A stretch of 64,000 bases of DNA from Takakia lepidozioides. Its lineage: Eukaryota; Plantae; Bryophyta. Of this stretch, positions 25,330-38,020 are shown in pieces. The notes below the pieces were generated by a model. The model was not told the origin of the DNA. It did not search any database and saw only the letters and a program-made list of their open reading frames with translations. The position numbers and the translations under genes are program-made. The stretch covers positions 41,602,001 through 41,666,000 of the forward strand of contig CM060731.1 in NCBI GenBank assembly GCA_030704615.1, written 5' to 3'. The first letter of the stretch is position 1, and each line of letters opens with the position of its first letter.

Positions 25330-27114
25330 GCCGCTGACATGGTCATCCTTGACATCCCAGACGACCAGCCTGTCCCCGACGTTCCTCCAAAGGGAAAGAC
25401 TACATCCTGGAACAGATTCGATGAGAACTACTGGAGTTGGGTATTCGGGTTCAACAATAATTTCCTTTCAGATGCAGGAATGCTTTTGCTCTTCCAGTCA
25501 TGTGACAATGATAGTCGTAGGGGACTGGCATCATACCTGAAGTCGTCTGGATTTGAAATTCCGAGGACATGGAATTGTGTGAACATCCTGTACCTTCTGA
25601 AAGGTGGTTGTCCTGGACAGCTGGTATGGCACCGCCCTCCTCTGTTCTTTTTCCCAATGTCTTTTCAGTTGTTTCTGTTGGCTTGCTCTACCACCATCTG
25701 TGATGATCTGCACCGATCATCACAAATACATTCCATTGTAGTTTTCATTTGCAGTCCAAGATTTGTTCCTTCCTGCGCCAGACTTCCTCCAATATTTCCA
25801 TGTCTCACCCCTACCTTGCATCTTTGCCAGACAAGGATGTTTGAGGCAATATGCCTGAGGAGGATTCGTACCTCCAAAACACCATCCTCCGTTCGCAGCT
25901 TTGAAATTTCCAACCAGGGGTGTTTCATCAACCTCCCATATGAACCGCATGTAGATGACATGCTCTACAATTTCATGCACTCCTGTCGTGGCCCTTTGCC
26001 TTGAGGGCAGGGGGTCGAGACACAAGAGGGGCTGCCCCTGTGGTGGGGGTAGTGGCAACAATAGGTACGGGGGCTGAAGCACCCTTGAGTGCCCAATGCA
26101 CTCAAGGAGGCGGAGGCGCTCACTAGGTGGAGCCCTGCATACGTGATTGCGGTGGGGGTGGGTCCACGGGGAGTGGTGGAAGCTTAGTGGGTCTTAGTAG
26201 GGGTGGCATAGGACTCACCATGGGGCGGAGACCTTGTGGTGGGAGTCGTGGGGAGTCTTGGGACTCATCATGGTCCAATGGGTCACCGCGACTCATCACC
26301 GGGAATCGAGGGTTTTTGTGGTGGTTTGCCATAAAAGGATGGTGTTGTTTGTGAAACCCCCGTGGACAGTCATAGAAGTATATATAGGGAGTAGTAACCC
26401 CGAGAATGGTGCAAGCCCGTTGGTGACCAAAAACTAGTGAGTAAGCGTGCGAGTCGGAAAGCAACCAAGGTGTGGGGAGCAGTTCCAGACTGCCAATAAC
26501 CAAAGGGAATTTCCACTAGGCCCAAATTGAGAGCAGTTCTTGTGGAGGAGCAAAGGGGGACTGTAATGTCCCGGTGAGCAGCCGAAGCTCCGAGTTGGCC
26601 TGGCGGCTAGTTTGGGAGTTAGGCGTGTGCATCAAAGCGAGTAACTATGACTTGAAGGAGAGCTTACCGAAGTGAGGTGCGCGACAACTCCAGTCAGACA
26701 GCCAAAAGACTAGATGGGTTTCCATGGAGAGGTGCAAGGGAGAGAACCCCAGCGTTCATGCAGACGCTCTTGGAGTCATGCAGCCACCATTCTGCAAGGG
26801 TGGTCGACCTCACGCTATCCACAGGTTCGTTGGTTCAATACTGTTCCCATTTTCGAGGTCTTCCAGTTTGCATCCGATTTTACATCCTCTACAACCTTCT
26901 TGAGGTTTTTGTCTTGGCAGGTGCAACTTATTGTGCTTGCAAGGTTGGCGGGAGAAGCTTTTTTGGCATGGAAGGCGATACCGAACTATTCAAGAGTGTC
27001 ATCCTCCCTCTTGTGTCTGGCTCTACGTCTGGCACACAGACTGAACAAATTCAAATCAGAAATGATGAGGATACCGAGGATAAGCAGATCGACAACGACT
27101 TTTCATGTGAGTAA
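25330..27114 (+). pseudogene. Second beta-class amino-MTase-like gene fragment (paralog of the MULE cargo), split by a solo LTR
   Basis: ADMVILDIPDDQP...SWNRFDENYW...FLSDAGMLLLF; after LTR removal YNFMHSSQTAKRLDGFPWRGARERTPAFMQTLLESCSHHSARVVDLTLSTG|ATYCACKVGGRSFFGMEGD. Confidence 0.78.
25984..26686. mobile_element. Solo LTR (703 bp)
   Basis: Ends TGTCGTG...CGCGACA; perfect 5-bp TSD ACTCC (25979-25983, 26687-26691). Removal rejoins the MTase reading frame. Confidence 0.9.
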
Positions 27115-27599
27115 GTCTGCCATGGAATTATCATTCCAGTTTGGGTGCTTGTTCAATTTCGCAGACATCAAATTTGCAGTAATAACTTTTATCATGCTGT
27201 GACTTGCAGGAATGGCAGCGATGGATCTTTAGGAGAAACCCCCATTTGTGCCGAGACTGTTTTCGACAGTCCCCTTTCCACTTTTGTGCTTCCTGTGTAT
27301 GCTGAAGCAATGACACTTCAAATGGCCGAGGCTCTATCCCCTGACTTCTTATTGCCCGATCGCAGGAGTAGCCGTCATACATCCGGAGTTCTTAAATTCT
27401 TGGACTTAGATGCAGAGGACGCGGGGAGACATTGTACTTACTCTGAGTCAGACTGAACTTCACATTTTTAATGTTCTGTTTATATCCTATTCGGAAATGA
27501 TTGAATTTCCTTGCCTCATTGCAGTTGTTCCGGCAGAAAAGAAAATGAAACAAACAATCCACTCGAATTCAAATGTCAATCTTCATGAATCTATCCCAC

Positions 27600-27810
27600 A
27601 AACCCCTCACACTCATGTCATATCCATTGTGCATTCATCTACTGTGTATTCATGCATCCTCTATTCAAGAACGTTTCCATTATTCAACATCCATTGTGCA
27701 TTCATCCATTGTACTCTCATCCATCCAACATTCATCCATCTGCTTGCATTGTTCCCACACATCCATCTATTTCTCATCCACTCTACATTCATCCATTCTG
27801 CATTCATCTG
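27600..27810. repeat. Low-complexity (CATTCATC-like) degenerate tandem repeat
   Basis: Repeated cattcatccat / catccattgt units. Confidence 0.6.
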
Positions 27811-28439
27811 TTGCTTTCAGGTGGGAATGACCACGTCATTTTATTATTTCGTTCAACTTGTTTCCGCGGTTGAGGGTGCTCTTCCACGGAAATACACTCT
27901 GCTTCTTACTTGGCGCGCGTTGACGTGGCGTTTAAGGTTGATAACGTGGAGTGAGCCCAGTGACGTGGCGTTCGCTCAAGGTGACGTGGCGTGAGCGCTG
28001 CTGCGCTCACGCCGAGGCATACCTGGCGAATCGGAAAGAGACTCAAGAGATCTCGTTGGCCATGAGGAGACACGGAGGTTGAAAGTGAGACTCGAGAGCT
28101 GTAAGCAAAGAAGAAGAGAAAGAGCCAGAGAGATACAATGGATCTAGAAGATGAGCTCTAGACTAGGGAGTATGAGAGAGAGAGGAAGTACAAGTATATA
28201 CATAGACAAAGACACAACTTATGTAATATGTCTTCTTCTTTCTAAAGGTATTCAATACCTGAAAGTTGTGTCTCTAGGATTAATGGAATAATATGAGTAG
28301 TTTCATTACATGATGAGCGGAGGCCTCTGTGGTAGGGAAATGAATAGATACTCCATGGAACAAACAACTTGATCAAATACATGTGTTGCATATTGTTTAA
28401 TTGCAGAGGCTACAATGCCCATTGAAATTGGATTTCTGC

Positions 28440-28950
28440 TTTCAGATTGTGCCAGCTCATCATTGACACGTGTAAACAAGAGCTCTGTGCGTCGTAGTTT
28501 GCCACTGAGTTCTTCAGCCTGCTGTCTGAGTGACATATTCTCATCTTGACACACCAATTTGTAGAGGATACAAACTCCACTAGTTCAATAGATATCCCGC
28601 AAGAGCAACCTAATGTAATACTGAACCTTTACATCTTTGTGGCCATATAACTCGGGCCAACTGGATTTGAGGGGACAAATGGGGAGATGGTTTAGGGCTA
28701 CAGGGAAAGAATAGATGGGAAGCCATCACTGCTGTGCATTGCTTATCCCTTGGATATGATTGATAAAAAGTGAAGGCCAGCCATACTCCTGAAAAAAGAC
28801 ATGCATTATTTTGCTTGCATACAACAAAATTGTCACACAAATGGTCAAGAACCTTAATTTTGGCATGATGATGTATGCGCTGCTGAAGGTTGTGTTGGCC
28901 AGACAACTGCTTGACCTCCTGTTCCAGCTTCCCTATCCGTCTCTGCTGAT
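28440..28950 (-). pseudogene. Kinesin-12 (POK-like) C-terminal exon fragments
   Basis: RIGKLEQEVKQLSGQHNLQQRIHHHAKIK | DENMSLRQQAEELSGKLRRTELLFTRVNDELA, matching the conserved KIN12/POK tail. No motor domain is present in the window. Confidence 0.75.
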
Positions 28951-30150
28951 TGATGGCTAGGGCGCCTCGTTGCTGCCCTTCTAACCCCGCTCTTGCCACT
29001 CCAAGAGCCCTTACACTGCTGAGTTTCAGATTGAAATTCCAACTCAGCACATGTTTCACAAGTGCACTGATTTGCACACAAGAGGGACCAGCCCCCTCTC
29101 TTCACTCATACCTCTTCATGAGCTTAGAGCTGAAGCTCCCAACGGGCGGCGATGCATCCCCTTGCAGCTCCACCATTCGGCTGCTCCTCATCTACCCGCA
29201 ACAACTAGTTTCGGGCACAGATACTTGGAGCTGATCATATCATCTCCAACCTGCAACACGCTAGCTTCCCATGCCCAGCCCACATTCCTGCAGTTCCTTA
29301 ACTCGGCCTGCAGCTGAAGAAGACGACCACCAGTTTGCCCACTCGTGGCCAGCATCTCCTCCGCTTCACACTAGAAGCCCAAATTTGGTTGCCATAGCGT
29401 TGAGCTATGCAATACTGACCGCCTCTCTATCCATTGCAAACCTGCGACCTGTTCGCCTTTGCACTCTATTCGTTTTGGATAGGCTCATGCACAGATCCCT
29501 GCACTCTAAGCTGAACCGCTTCTCATGAAAACACAAGTGCTACAAAACAACTCGAACCTGGCACTCACAGATTCGAGCTTATCTTTCTCGAGTGATAAAG
29601 AAAAGGAATGATACAAGCATACAAGTTCTCTCAAACTCACATACCTGCACATGAAAACATCACTCATATATTAACCCCACGCCATGGGGAATCCATACTA
29701 CGGCGCCATAGCTAGACGCGGTGAGGCTCAACTCGAGAAAGATGAGCCCACCGCGATCTGCCGTGAAGATAACAATGTCAGGTGTCCAAATATGTATTGG
29801 CCCCTGGATTGACACTTGGGTCAATCCCAAATGTCAATATATTAAAAGCTATTTCCTAGCTAACTTCACGCTAGTGGTAAAATAACTTGACACATGATGT
29901 TTCCCATTTTAAAATAAAAAAAACTTGTTTATCATAAATGTAAATAAAAACTCAAGAATATCCGATAAATTATAAGATATAGAAAATAGGAGCCTCTTGC
30001 CTTTCCGCTGCCTGGTGCATCCCCTGATCACTCGCCTTCTCCGATGGATCGTGTGGAAGACATTAACTGGCGCCACCGCAAACTTAGAAGCTCCAAGACT
30101 AAGGCGTATTTAGACTTTGAGGCTCCTATTGCTAATCGTTAGTTCTGTAT

Positions 30151-30267
30151 TAGGGAAAGGTCGTTCCCAAGGCCCTTCCTGATTTTGAGAGCACCCGCAA
30201 CGAGGGTGGAGCCCGAGTTTCGGGTGCTCGAAAATTCAGGAAGGGCCGTGGGAACGACCTTTCCCCA
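30151..30267. repeat. ~50-bp-arm inverted repeat (hairpin) upstream of the tyrosine recombinase
   Basis: gggaaaggtcgttcccaaggcccttcctgattttgagagcacccg ... cgggtgctcgaaaattcaggaagggccgtgggaacgacctttccc. Confidence 0.9.
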
Positions 30268-30692
30268 ACGTGAAAAACTGGGAAATTTTTCTTTCCCATT
30301 CCTTGCCCCGCAAACCTGGGGACCTTTCCAAACGCGGAAGGTACTTCCCGCAAATTGAGGGACCCTTCCGAAAGCGGAAGGTACTTCCCCCGTAAATCGG
30401 GGGAACCTTACGGCCAGGGAGGTTCCTTGAATTAAAAAGGAAAAAAATTGCCAGTGTTTTACGTTTCTAAATTGCTCCTGAGCTAGTTGTGGTGTTCCTG
30501 GTTTGTCTTGCTGCAGCTCGCTTCTGGTAATGGTTCTCAGTGTCGCGTCGAGCCAGTCACAGCCCCCTGCTACTGCCCGTAGCAGCCGCGCTCCAGTGCG
30601 CTACTGGACGTAATGTCACTGAATTTAGCCGATCACCAAGCGACTTACCCGTACTACCTTGCTACCTACCTTGCTAGAATGGGGTTCTAGTT

Positions 30693-33254
30693 TTGCGGGA
30701 TATTATGTATTCCACTTCTTGCACAATGAAACCAGACTACGTGGTAGTCAGGAGGTCCTCCAGGAAGAAAGCTCTCGATGATTCCCCTCATGTTGTGAGT
30801 GCTCGAGCATCCTTGATAGCGTCTGTGGAGGGTGATAGTGGCGGATCAAATGCAGTAAGCTCTCAACCATCGTTTGAGTTGAACTTAGATAGAGATCCTA
30901 TCAATGTGAGTGAATCGAGCAAGAAGAAATGTCTTCTATGGATTGGGGACCAGGCTACAGTTCAAGTGAGATTGCGACATTCAGAGGAACATGAAGATAA
31001 TGTTGCAGCAGCTATGGTTGTCAACCAAGCCTGTGAGGTAGCACTTGTTCCATCTTGTACTACTGCAGTGTTGTCAAGTTCAGGAATGTCTACCGCTGTC
31101 ACGGCCGCAGGGTTCATCGATTTTGACGAACATGAATGGGATCGGCTTACGAAGGATGCTAACAATGCTAGCCTCCGAAATGAAACATGGTGCCGGAACT
31201 GGTTCAACGCTTGGAGGCGTCATGAGCATATGGACACTAATCTGGATATCGAACATATTTCTTTGCAAGAACTTGGACACATCTTGAGCAGATTTTTCTT
31301 GATGGTTTGTAAGGAAAATGGTGAGAGATACCATTGTGATGGCATTATGAATCTGTACATGTCTTTCAACAGAATGCTTGTTCGCCATCAAGAAAGAAGA
31401 ATTCTACAAACTGGAGTGGAAGAGCCACGGTTTAACATTCAACGACATCCTTTTTTCTTGGGAGCAAACAAAGCGGTGAAGGAATCGATGAGAAAATCTC
31501 GAGACGCTAGTGCAAATAAGGGACGTCGAAAAGTAGATGGCATTAGTCGTGATGGTGAAATAAAGATACCGACTCATCCTCTTCATCAAGTTACCCAACC
31601 CCAGGGTATCCAAAAGCGATTTGCCTTCTATTGCTTCACTGTATTTCTCATCCGTGGGGCTTTAGAGCTATACCATCTGCTGCTCAGTGACTTTGAGCTT
31701 GGAACTGATGATGGAGGTCAACAATTTCTGAAGTAAATTCCTTAACGATTCTTCTTTTCTCTGCACATGAATTTGTGTGATGTTCATCTATTCCATGAAG
31801 GACTAATAATTTTGTTGCGTTAATGTACAGATATGATGAAAGACTATCCAAGAATTACAAGGTTACTCTAAAGAGGTTTTAGGACGAGCACTTCAGACCA
31901 CCTGTCTACTCATTCGATGCAGACGTCTTGTTCACCTGGCGCACTCTTGTGAAGCACATGCCTCCAGGTTGTGAACCAGGAACTCATCTTTTCCTGTCAC
32001 CCATATAAATCCAAGGTCAGTAGTATGGTTCAAAAATGATGTCAATGTTGGTACAAACATCATTTGAGGATGGTTGAAACATATGGCTAAAGTGGCAGGT
32101 GTTGAAGGTGATATAACTAATAAATCTGGAAGGGTAACCTCCATTACGAGAATGGCTGCCGCTCAAGTTCCGCATGATGTCATGATGTCTGTGACAGGAC
32201 ATCGTAATGCAAAGGCACTGGCCCGCTATGACAAAAGTGGGATGATAAAACATAAGGCAACACAAGGCCTTAATCGTAACTCGTATGATCATATAACTGG
32301 CCAACCTTTGAGTTTCCAGCATTATTACGACAAGGAACTAGAGGAGTGGCATCGCAATCAGATCGTAAGCTCTGAGAAGCCCTGACTTTGTCACACCATT
32401 TGGGAATCAAAATGTTCTAACTTCTAAGAATACTTTGTCAGATGCCAATGTTCAGCTGGGTGCTTCAGTACCTAGTGTTGGTTTGTCTATGCATTCCTCT
32501 GAAATGCATGTGATTCAGCAAGGTGGTCGCAGATCTGTAAATGCCACCCCTAGATCTTATGCACAAGTTGTTCAGCAGGGTGCTCCCTATGATGTCAGCA
32601 ATTACCAGGGTCCTCCTGTTCATATTGGTAACCATGGAATGGCTCAATCTTGTAATCAGAGTTTCACTGATAATAGTCAGGCCGGGATTACCAATCAAGT
32701 TTGTAATGAGGGTGCAACTTCCGATGTCATTCATGATCAGGGTTTCTTTCATGAAGGTCACCAAGGTTTTGAATTTCATGGCGGTCAAGAGTTTGTTAAT
32801 GAAGGAGTAGTTCGAAGGCCATAAGTGCGGGTACTGACGATGATAAGAAGACTGTACAAGCTGATAGCACTGGATCTTTGGAGGATTACTATTGGTTTTG
32901 GATACCTTCGAGTGGGAGAATGTAGATCTGGACAAGCTTCACAAGACCGTGCCCAGTGAGCTGAAAGGAAGGGGTGGTGTGGCACAAAGTCATACGGGAG
33001 CATCATCACGTTCAACCTCTGCTAGTAATGTAGCTGTCATTCCTGCTACTGGTGGTTCGAGATCTTTTGCTACCATTGATGTTGCCCGAGCTTCATCACA
33101 GTCTCAGCAGCTTGCGTCTGTTTCTTTACCTTCAAACGTACCTGGTTTTTCAACAATATCACGTATCCAGGGCCGAGTATTATCCAGTAATACTTTCAAC
33201 TTTACAGATCCCAGTCAAGTGCGGGCCCTTCTTGGCTTTCCTTCTCAGCCGTAG
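30693..33254 (+). mobile_element. Crypton-like (DUF3504-type) tyrosine recombinase gene, degenerate
   Basis: WFNAWR...ELGHILSRFFLMVCKENGERY...NLYMSFNRML; FLIRGALELYHL (catalytic R); SKNYK; ITNKSGRVTSITRM; MSVTGHRNAKALARYD (H, Y). Intron ~31733-31830; premature stops at ~31879 and ~32066. Confidence 0.8.
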
Positions 33255-35319
33255 TTCGCAGCAGGCCTCATTGTATAGCATCTATATCATTGTATAATAC
33301 TCGTATAGTTCAAGGATATAATTGTAGATAGTAGTTGTAGATGATAGCTTTTCGATAAACAATGACCTGAATTGCAGCACACTCGCAACAGCATCTGCCA
33401 TCCACCGAAATCTTTGCTAGGTAGTTCGCAACTCCAGGCAGTAGGTCACAAAATTAAAAAAATAGTAACAGCAGACCTCCTCCAGGTCAGTAGAATCGTG
33501 CCACATCATCAAGATGTTGCATTACGTAGGTCTATGAACACTTGTGGCCCTGAAGTGGGCCTCGCCGCGTATCCTAACGGTCTCGAGGTTATTTTTTCTT
33601 CGTTTTAATTTGATTAAAAGGGCCTCCGTCCCCTTTCCTAAACAAAAAAAAAGAAGAAAAGAAATTGCATGCTTAATCTTAGTGGAAATAGAACAATAGA
33701 AAACGATTGGTAACTTGATGGATCTAATGAAAACCTGCACAGCTTTATTTACAGGAAACATGAGGTATTTGAACACATGATAGAGACCCCCCAAAACCTG
33801 GGAAAGAACAAAGAAGGGAGGAAATGGAAGCAAGCTAGAGGAAATGGATCTAAATGGATCTGAGGGGACCTAAGATGTGAGAACAACTTGAGGTTGTCAG
33901 CCGGCCCAGAGTGGAGTGAAGAGGATCACTACCTGCCAGAAGTTTCTCATTTGATAGCATGGAGTCTGAAACGAACTGACTCATAAGACATAGCCATAGT
34001 CTTGGGGCCATAGACCCCGCCAGCGCCCAGGTTGGGCAGAACGAAAGGGAACAGACACTAAAAAGAGAGAGAGAAAGGGAAGGAATGAGAGCTGGGATAG
34101 ACCAGAAACACCCCCCTTCAGAGCACAGGGAATGTTTAAACAAAATGGTTAGGAGGTGCAAAAAGCCCTTCTGTGTTCACTTGTTGCCTTATCCAAAGCT
34201 TTGAGAAAACTCAGACACTCTGGATCTCAGCTGCACACTCCCAACTCAATTGCAAGGGCTTTCAAATCTCACATTTGAGTGCTTAGTGAATGAAAATGCA
34301 TACCTCTTACTGGGCATGCAGCTCAAAGTAGAAATCACAGCCCAACGGGCGACCAAATATGTCCACACGTCGTTATAGAGTTAAGAGAAAGCAGAGAAGA
34401 TGGAGGTCATCCTGGGAGAGTGGATTTCTTTGGCCAACAGATCGACCAGTGGCCGCAGCATTGTAGTGTTCCAAGTGGTTGTGAATTCACTTCAGTTATC
34501 CCATCTACAATTTCCTCATCTATGTGTAGAATATGGGTGACAGTTCAAACCCTTTACTAGGCTTTGGTTTTTTCACTTTATAGGGGAGTGCGTTCCTGTT
34601 CCTCTCACATGAGCTCATATACAGCTCAGAAAGGGGATTTAGCTGATTCTCAGACAAGATGTCTCTACAATGTCTCCCACAAGAGTGCTGCAGGTGGTGA
34701 GAACAGAAAACTGGATTAGTATTAGAGTATGCTATCAAAAGATAGTGGATTACCTTGTGTGCAGAACACACACAGGTTTCTTCACCTGAGCGATTGCCTC
34801 CCTCCATGACACCACCTCCACAAAAGGCTGTATAATTCTCTCAACATTGTTCTCTGCTAAAGCATAACCCTCCGGAATCCAAACAACATGAGATACCAGT
34901 AAGAGTGAAATTATGCTACGTTGTATTATCCACTCAGCTATAGACTGCACGTATTCTTTGATGTCACATCGGTGTCTGCTCACTGCAGTGCATTCGTCTA
35001 ACCGGTCCACAATGCCAGCCAGCCAGTAGGAGCGTCTCTACACACAGGTGCTGAACAACGGGCAATGCAATGTTCACCAATTTGCATGAAATAGTGCCCA
35101 AGTTCTCACAAGATTAGTCCTGTCACACTGCTTAGATGAATGTTCGTTGCTACCAGGCCAAGCAGAAACAATAGAAAGAATGGACAGCACGACCTCACCA
35201 GCATTCTCTTCAACCAATTTCTAGTTTTATTAATGGCAAACGCAAAGTGATAAAACACGAAGAAAAGGTTCCCATACTCTCGGCACAAAGTTCATCAAAA
35301 GAAATATTCATGTAGCAGA

Positions 35320-35908
35320 TTAGGCGAATTTTCCACTGTTGGGGTTACTCTTAGGCACCAGGACTTTGCGGCCCTTTGCACGCCTGCGCTTAAGCAATGC
35401 CCTCCCAGTTGGCGTCTGCAGTCGCGCTCGAAAGCCCGAAACTCGAGCTATCGATTTTCGCGACCTTGAGCGTTTGGTGCATCCCATGCAGGGTTTCCCT
35501 GCTCTAACCTTTAGTAGCCACCCTCTTCCAGCCACTGGAAGTCCACACCCAGTGCTTGGCCTCAAAGCCACCCCTGCTTCCACCCCGCATCCGAAAAAAC
35601 ACAACAACTTCAGAACAGTTCGCATCCGGAGAAAAAAACCCCCCCTGGTTGAAATCATAACAAAGAGCAGCTGCGGAAAACACCCGTGTACAACCCACAT
35701 TCACCGACCGGGGAGGACAGGGAAGAGAAGGTAGCCAATAACCTGCGAAGGAGGAAGACGAGAAGGATGAAACCGTTCGCCCAGCTGTGAAGGACGATGC
35801 TAGCCCAAACCGGACTGAAGACGAGGCTGTCGAGTTACAAGCAGACGAGGGGCGCGCATGGGTCCCCAACGTCAGGGCGCTCATGGATGTGCTCAGCGCC
35901 ATAGCCAT
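35320..35908 (-). CDS. RPL34: Plastid 50S ribosomal protein L34 precursor
   Basis: Ser-rich transit peptide from ATG 35908, then spliced to RAGKPCMGCTKRSRSRKSIARVSGFRARLQTPTGRALLKRRRAKGRKVLVPKSNPNSGK. Internal exon borders approximate. Confidence 0.92.
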
Positions 35909-36076
35909 GGTATCCAAGCAGGAAACGAAGTGGATAGGGAGAAAGAGGCATATTGGAAGAAAGAGACGGGTCACGCTGACGTGTCATGTGTCATCGTCAA
36001 CGATGAAGCCCCGGGTGAAGATGAAACATCGGGGGTGGGGTACTAACATCGGAGCAGCGATCAGACAAGGAGAGAG

Positions 36077-37790
36077 ATGGCAAGCCCCAGAAGGGCGCTG
36101 TCCCTTTCCAGAGATGGAGCGTCAGTGGCGCTGCTGACAAAGGAGGAGAGAGAGGTTGTGTCCGGGACCAAGCAGGGTGCGAAACCAACCGAGGTGTATG
36201 GATTTGTGGGCGCCATATCCACCCTCGTAGCTTTCGGTGCCTTTTCTCGCCCTAGTCGATGCATTTGTTTGTGTCACCTTCCTGGAGAGTGGGTTGGATC
36301 TGTTTTCTGACCTCCGCTACAAGTATTGAATTGTTGTTACCGAGTTTGGGTTAAGGTTTGAGCTACATTTGTTCAAGTGGTCATCATTTCTGGGACGGAC
36401 TAAACATTTTTATACACTGGCAGCACTTTCCAGTCAGTTGATGAAAGGGGAAAAATGTAACCCAGACGTGATGCCTGCTGGAAAGACTACTGATTTGTGT
36501 TGAAACTTGACACTGTGATCCTCTGATATGCAGCGCTGTTTTTAGTATGGGCCTATTTGCCAGAACCCTGGCTCCATGCAGTGGGCATCACATATTATCC
36601 AAGCCGGTAATGTGTCTTTCCGCCCCTGTGTTTCCAAACGTACTCCTTGCAGACTTTGCTGGGTTGTTACAAGGGGGAAGAGTGTGTGATCAAGCTGGCC
36701 TCTACCACATAGACCACATAGTGGACTAATCACACCTGTAGAGAGTAGTGTTTTTATCTTCTTGGCACTGTGCTGTGCATGTTTTACACTTGATCGGGAG
36801 GGACAGGAGGATCAGTGCTAGTATATTGTCTAGTTGGTGAATTCAGTGTATGCAACTGTTGGGAAGGGCAGGTATTGGGCGATGGCGATTCCTGCATATT
36901 TGATGGTGGCCATTGTCTTTATATGCTTGTTTTACACGAGCTTGAATTACACCGCGACTCCTCCTCTATATTCATTGGATACTTTGTTTGGTAAGTGACA
37001 CCTCTTCCTTGATGCCTTTTGTTGGTGAGATTTAGGCCAATTGCAAGTGCAATGGAGGTTGCATGCAGAACATAGCATAGTGTAATTGCGCATTGAAACC
37101 GGAGCAAAGTCTCATACATTGGGAATATTCAGATATATGTTCCAGCCTTTTGTATGGCCTACAAGAGAGTCAAGGTTTTGGGCGTACTTGTGATAACAAG
37201 GGACTACATCTCTGAAATATATTTGATATTTCAATGACAATTCACATCAGACGTATTGAGGGTATTGTGCAACTTGTGGATTCAGCAAGAGATGAGCTTC
37301 CAGAGTAGATTGTGTCTTAAAAGGTTCAACAACTGGAGAAATCATCAGGATAATTTAAGCCAGTCCTGACCTGGTTCGCAATGAGGGTGTGGCATGGCTA
37401 GGCACCATGTTGTCTCCATCCTGCTCCTCATTAGTATCTGGACTCAGCATCACATTCTGTGGAAGCATGAGTGAGGTGTCTTAGTTCTTTGTTGCATGTG
37501 TCTTCAATTTCTGAAGGTTTAAGTATTCTGATTTCAACCATCAATATACATATGATTTCAAGCAATAGGGTTGTGATTACAAATGCATCAGGTGAAAGAG
37601 ATTGCAACAAAGAAATGATATCTTGATGAAACTTACTGTTGCAGATGAATATACGAGGCCACCTATGAGGGCGTCGGTTGTGTCACAAGAATTTGACAAG
37701 CGGGAACAACTCATTCACCCAATTTCAGACATCCCAATAATTCGAGTGAATACACTTCTATTTGGACCAAAGGGCAGTTACAACGAATGA
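36077..37790 (+). CDS. PIG-P: GPI-GlcNAc transferase subunit P
   Basis: Exons ~36077-36237, 36534-36606, 36872-36990, 37644-37790: EVYGFVGAI...LFLVWAYLPEPWLHAVGITYYPSRYWAMAIP...DEY...PISDIPIIRVN. Confidence 0.92.
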
Positions 37791-37899
37791 AGAAGATGTC
37801 CATACTGTGCTGAGTTGTGGACAATTGTGTGACACATTTTCTCATGGATCAGGATTGAGTCATTGTATTTTTCTCTGTATATTGTCTTATTATAACAAG

Positions 37900-38020
37900 A
37901 CAACACCAAGGTGACGGGTAGGCGGACAATATGCACAATAGCCGCCATGTACCCAATTGCAAATTGGGTACATGGCGGCTATTGTGCATATTGTCCGCCT
38001 ACCCGTCACTTTGGTGTTGT
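37900..38020. repeat. Near-perfect 59-bp-arm foldback just downstream of the PIG-P stop codon
   Basis: Arms 37900-37958 and 37962-38020; one G:T mismatch; 3-nt loop. Confidence 0.95.

Noticed and set aside
25100-25400. PPR-methyltransferase fusion protein
   Set aside because: The PPR part has stops and frameshifts, and the junction looks like an insertion or deletion breakpoint; no clean fused frame.
27859-28310. Solo LTR
   Set aside because: LTR-like composition and a ...CATTACA end, but no matching TSD or clear 5' TG boundary found.
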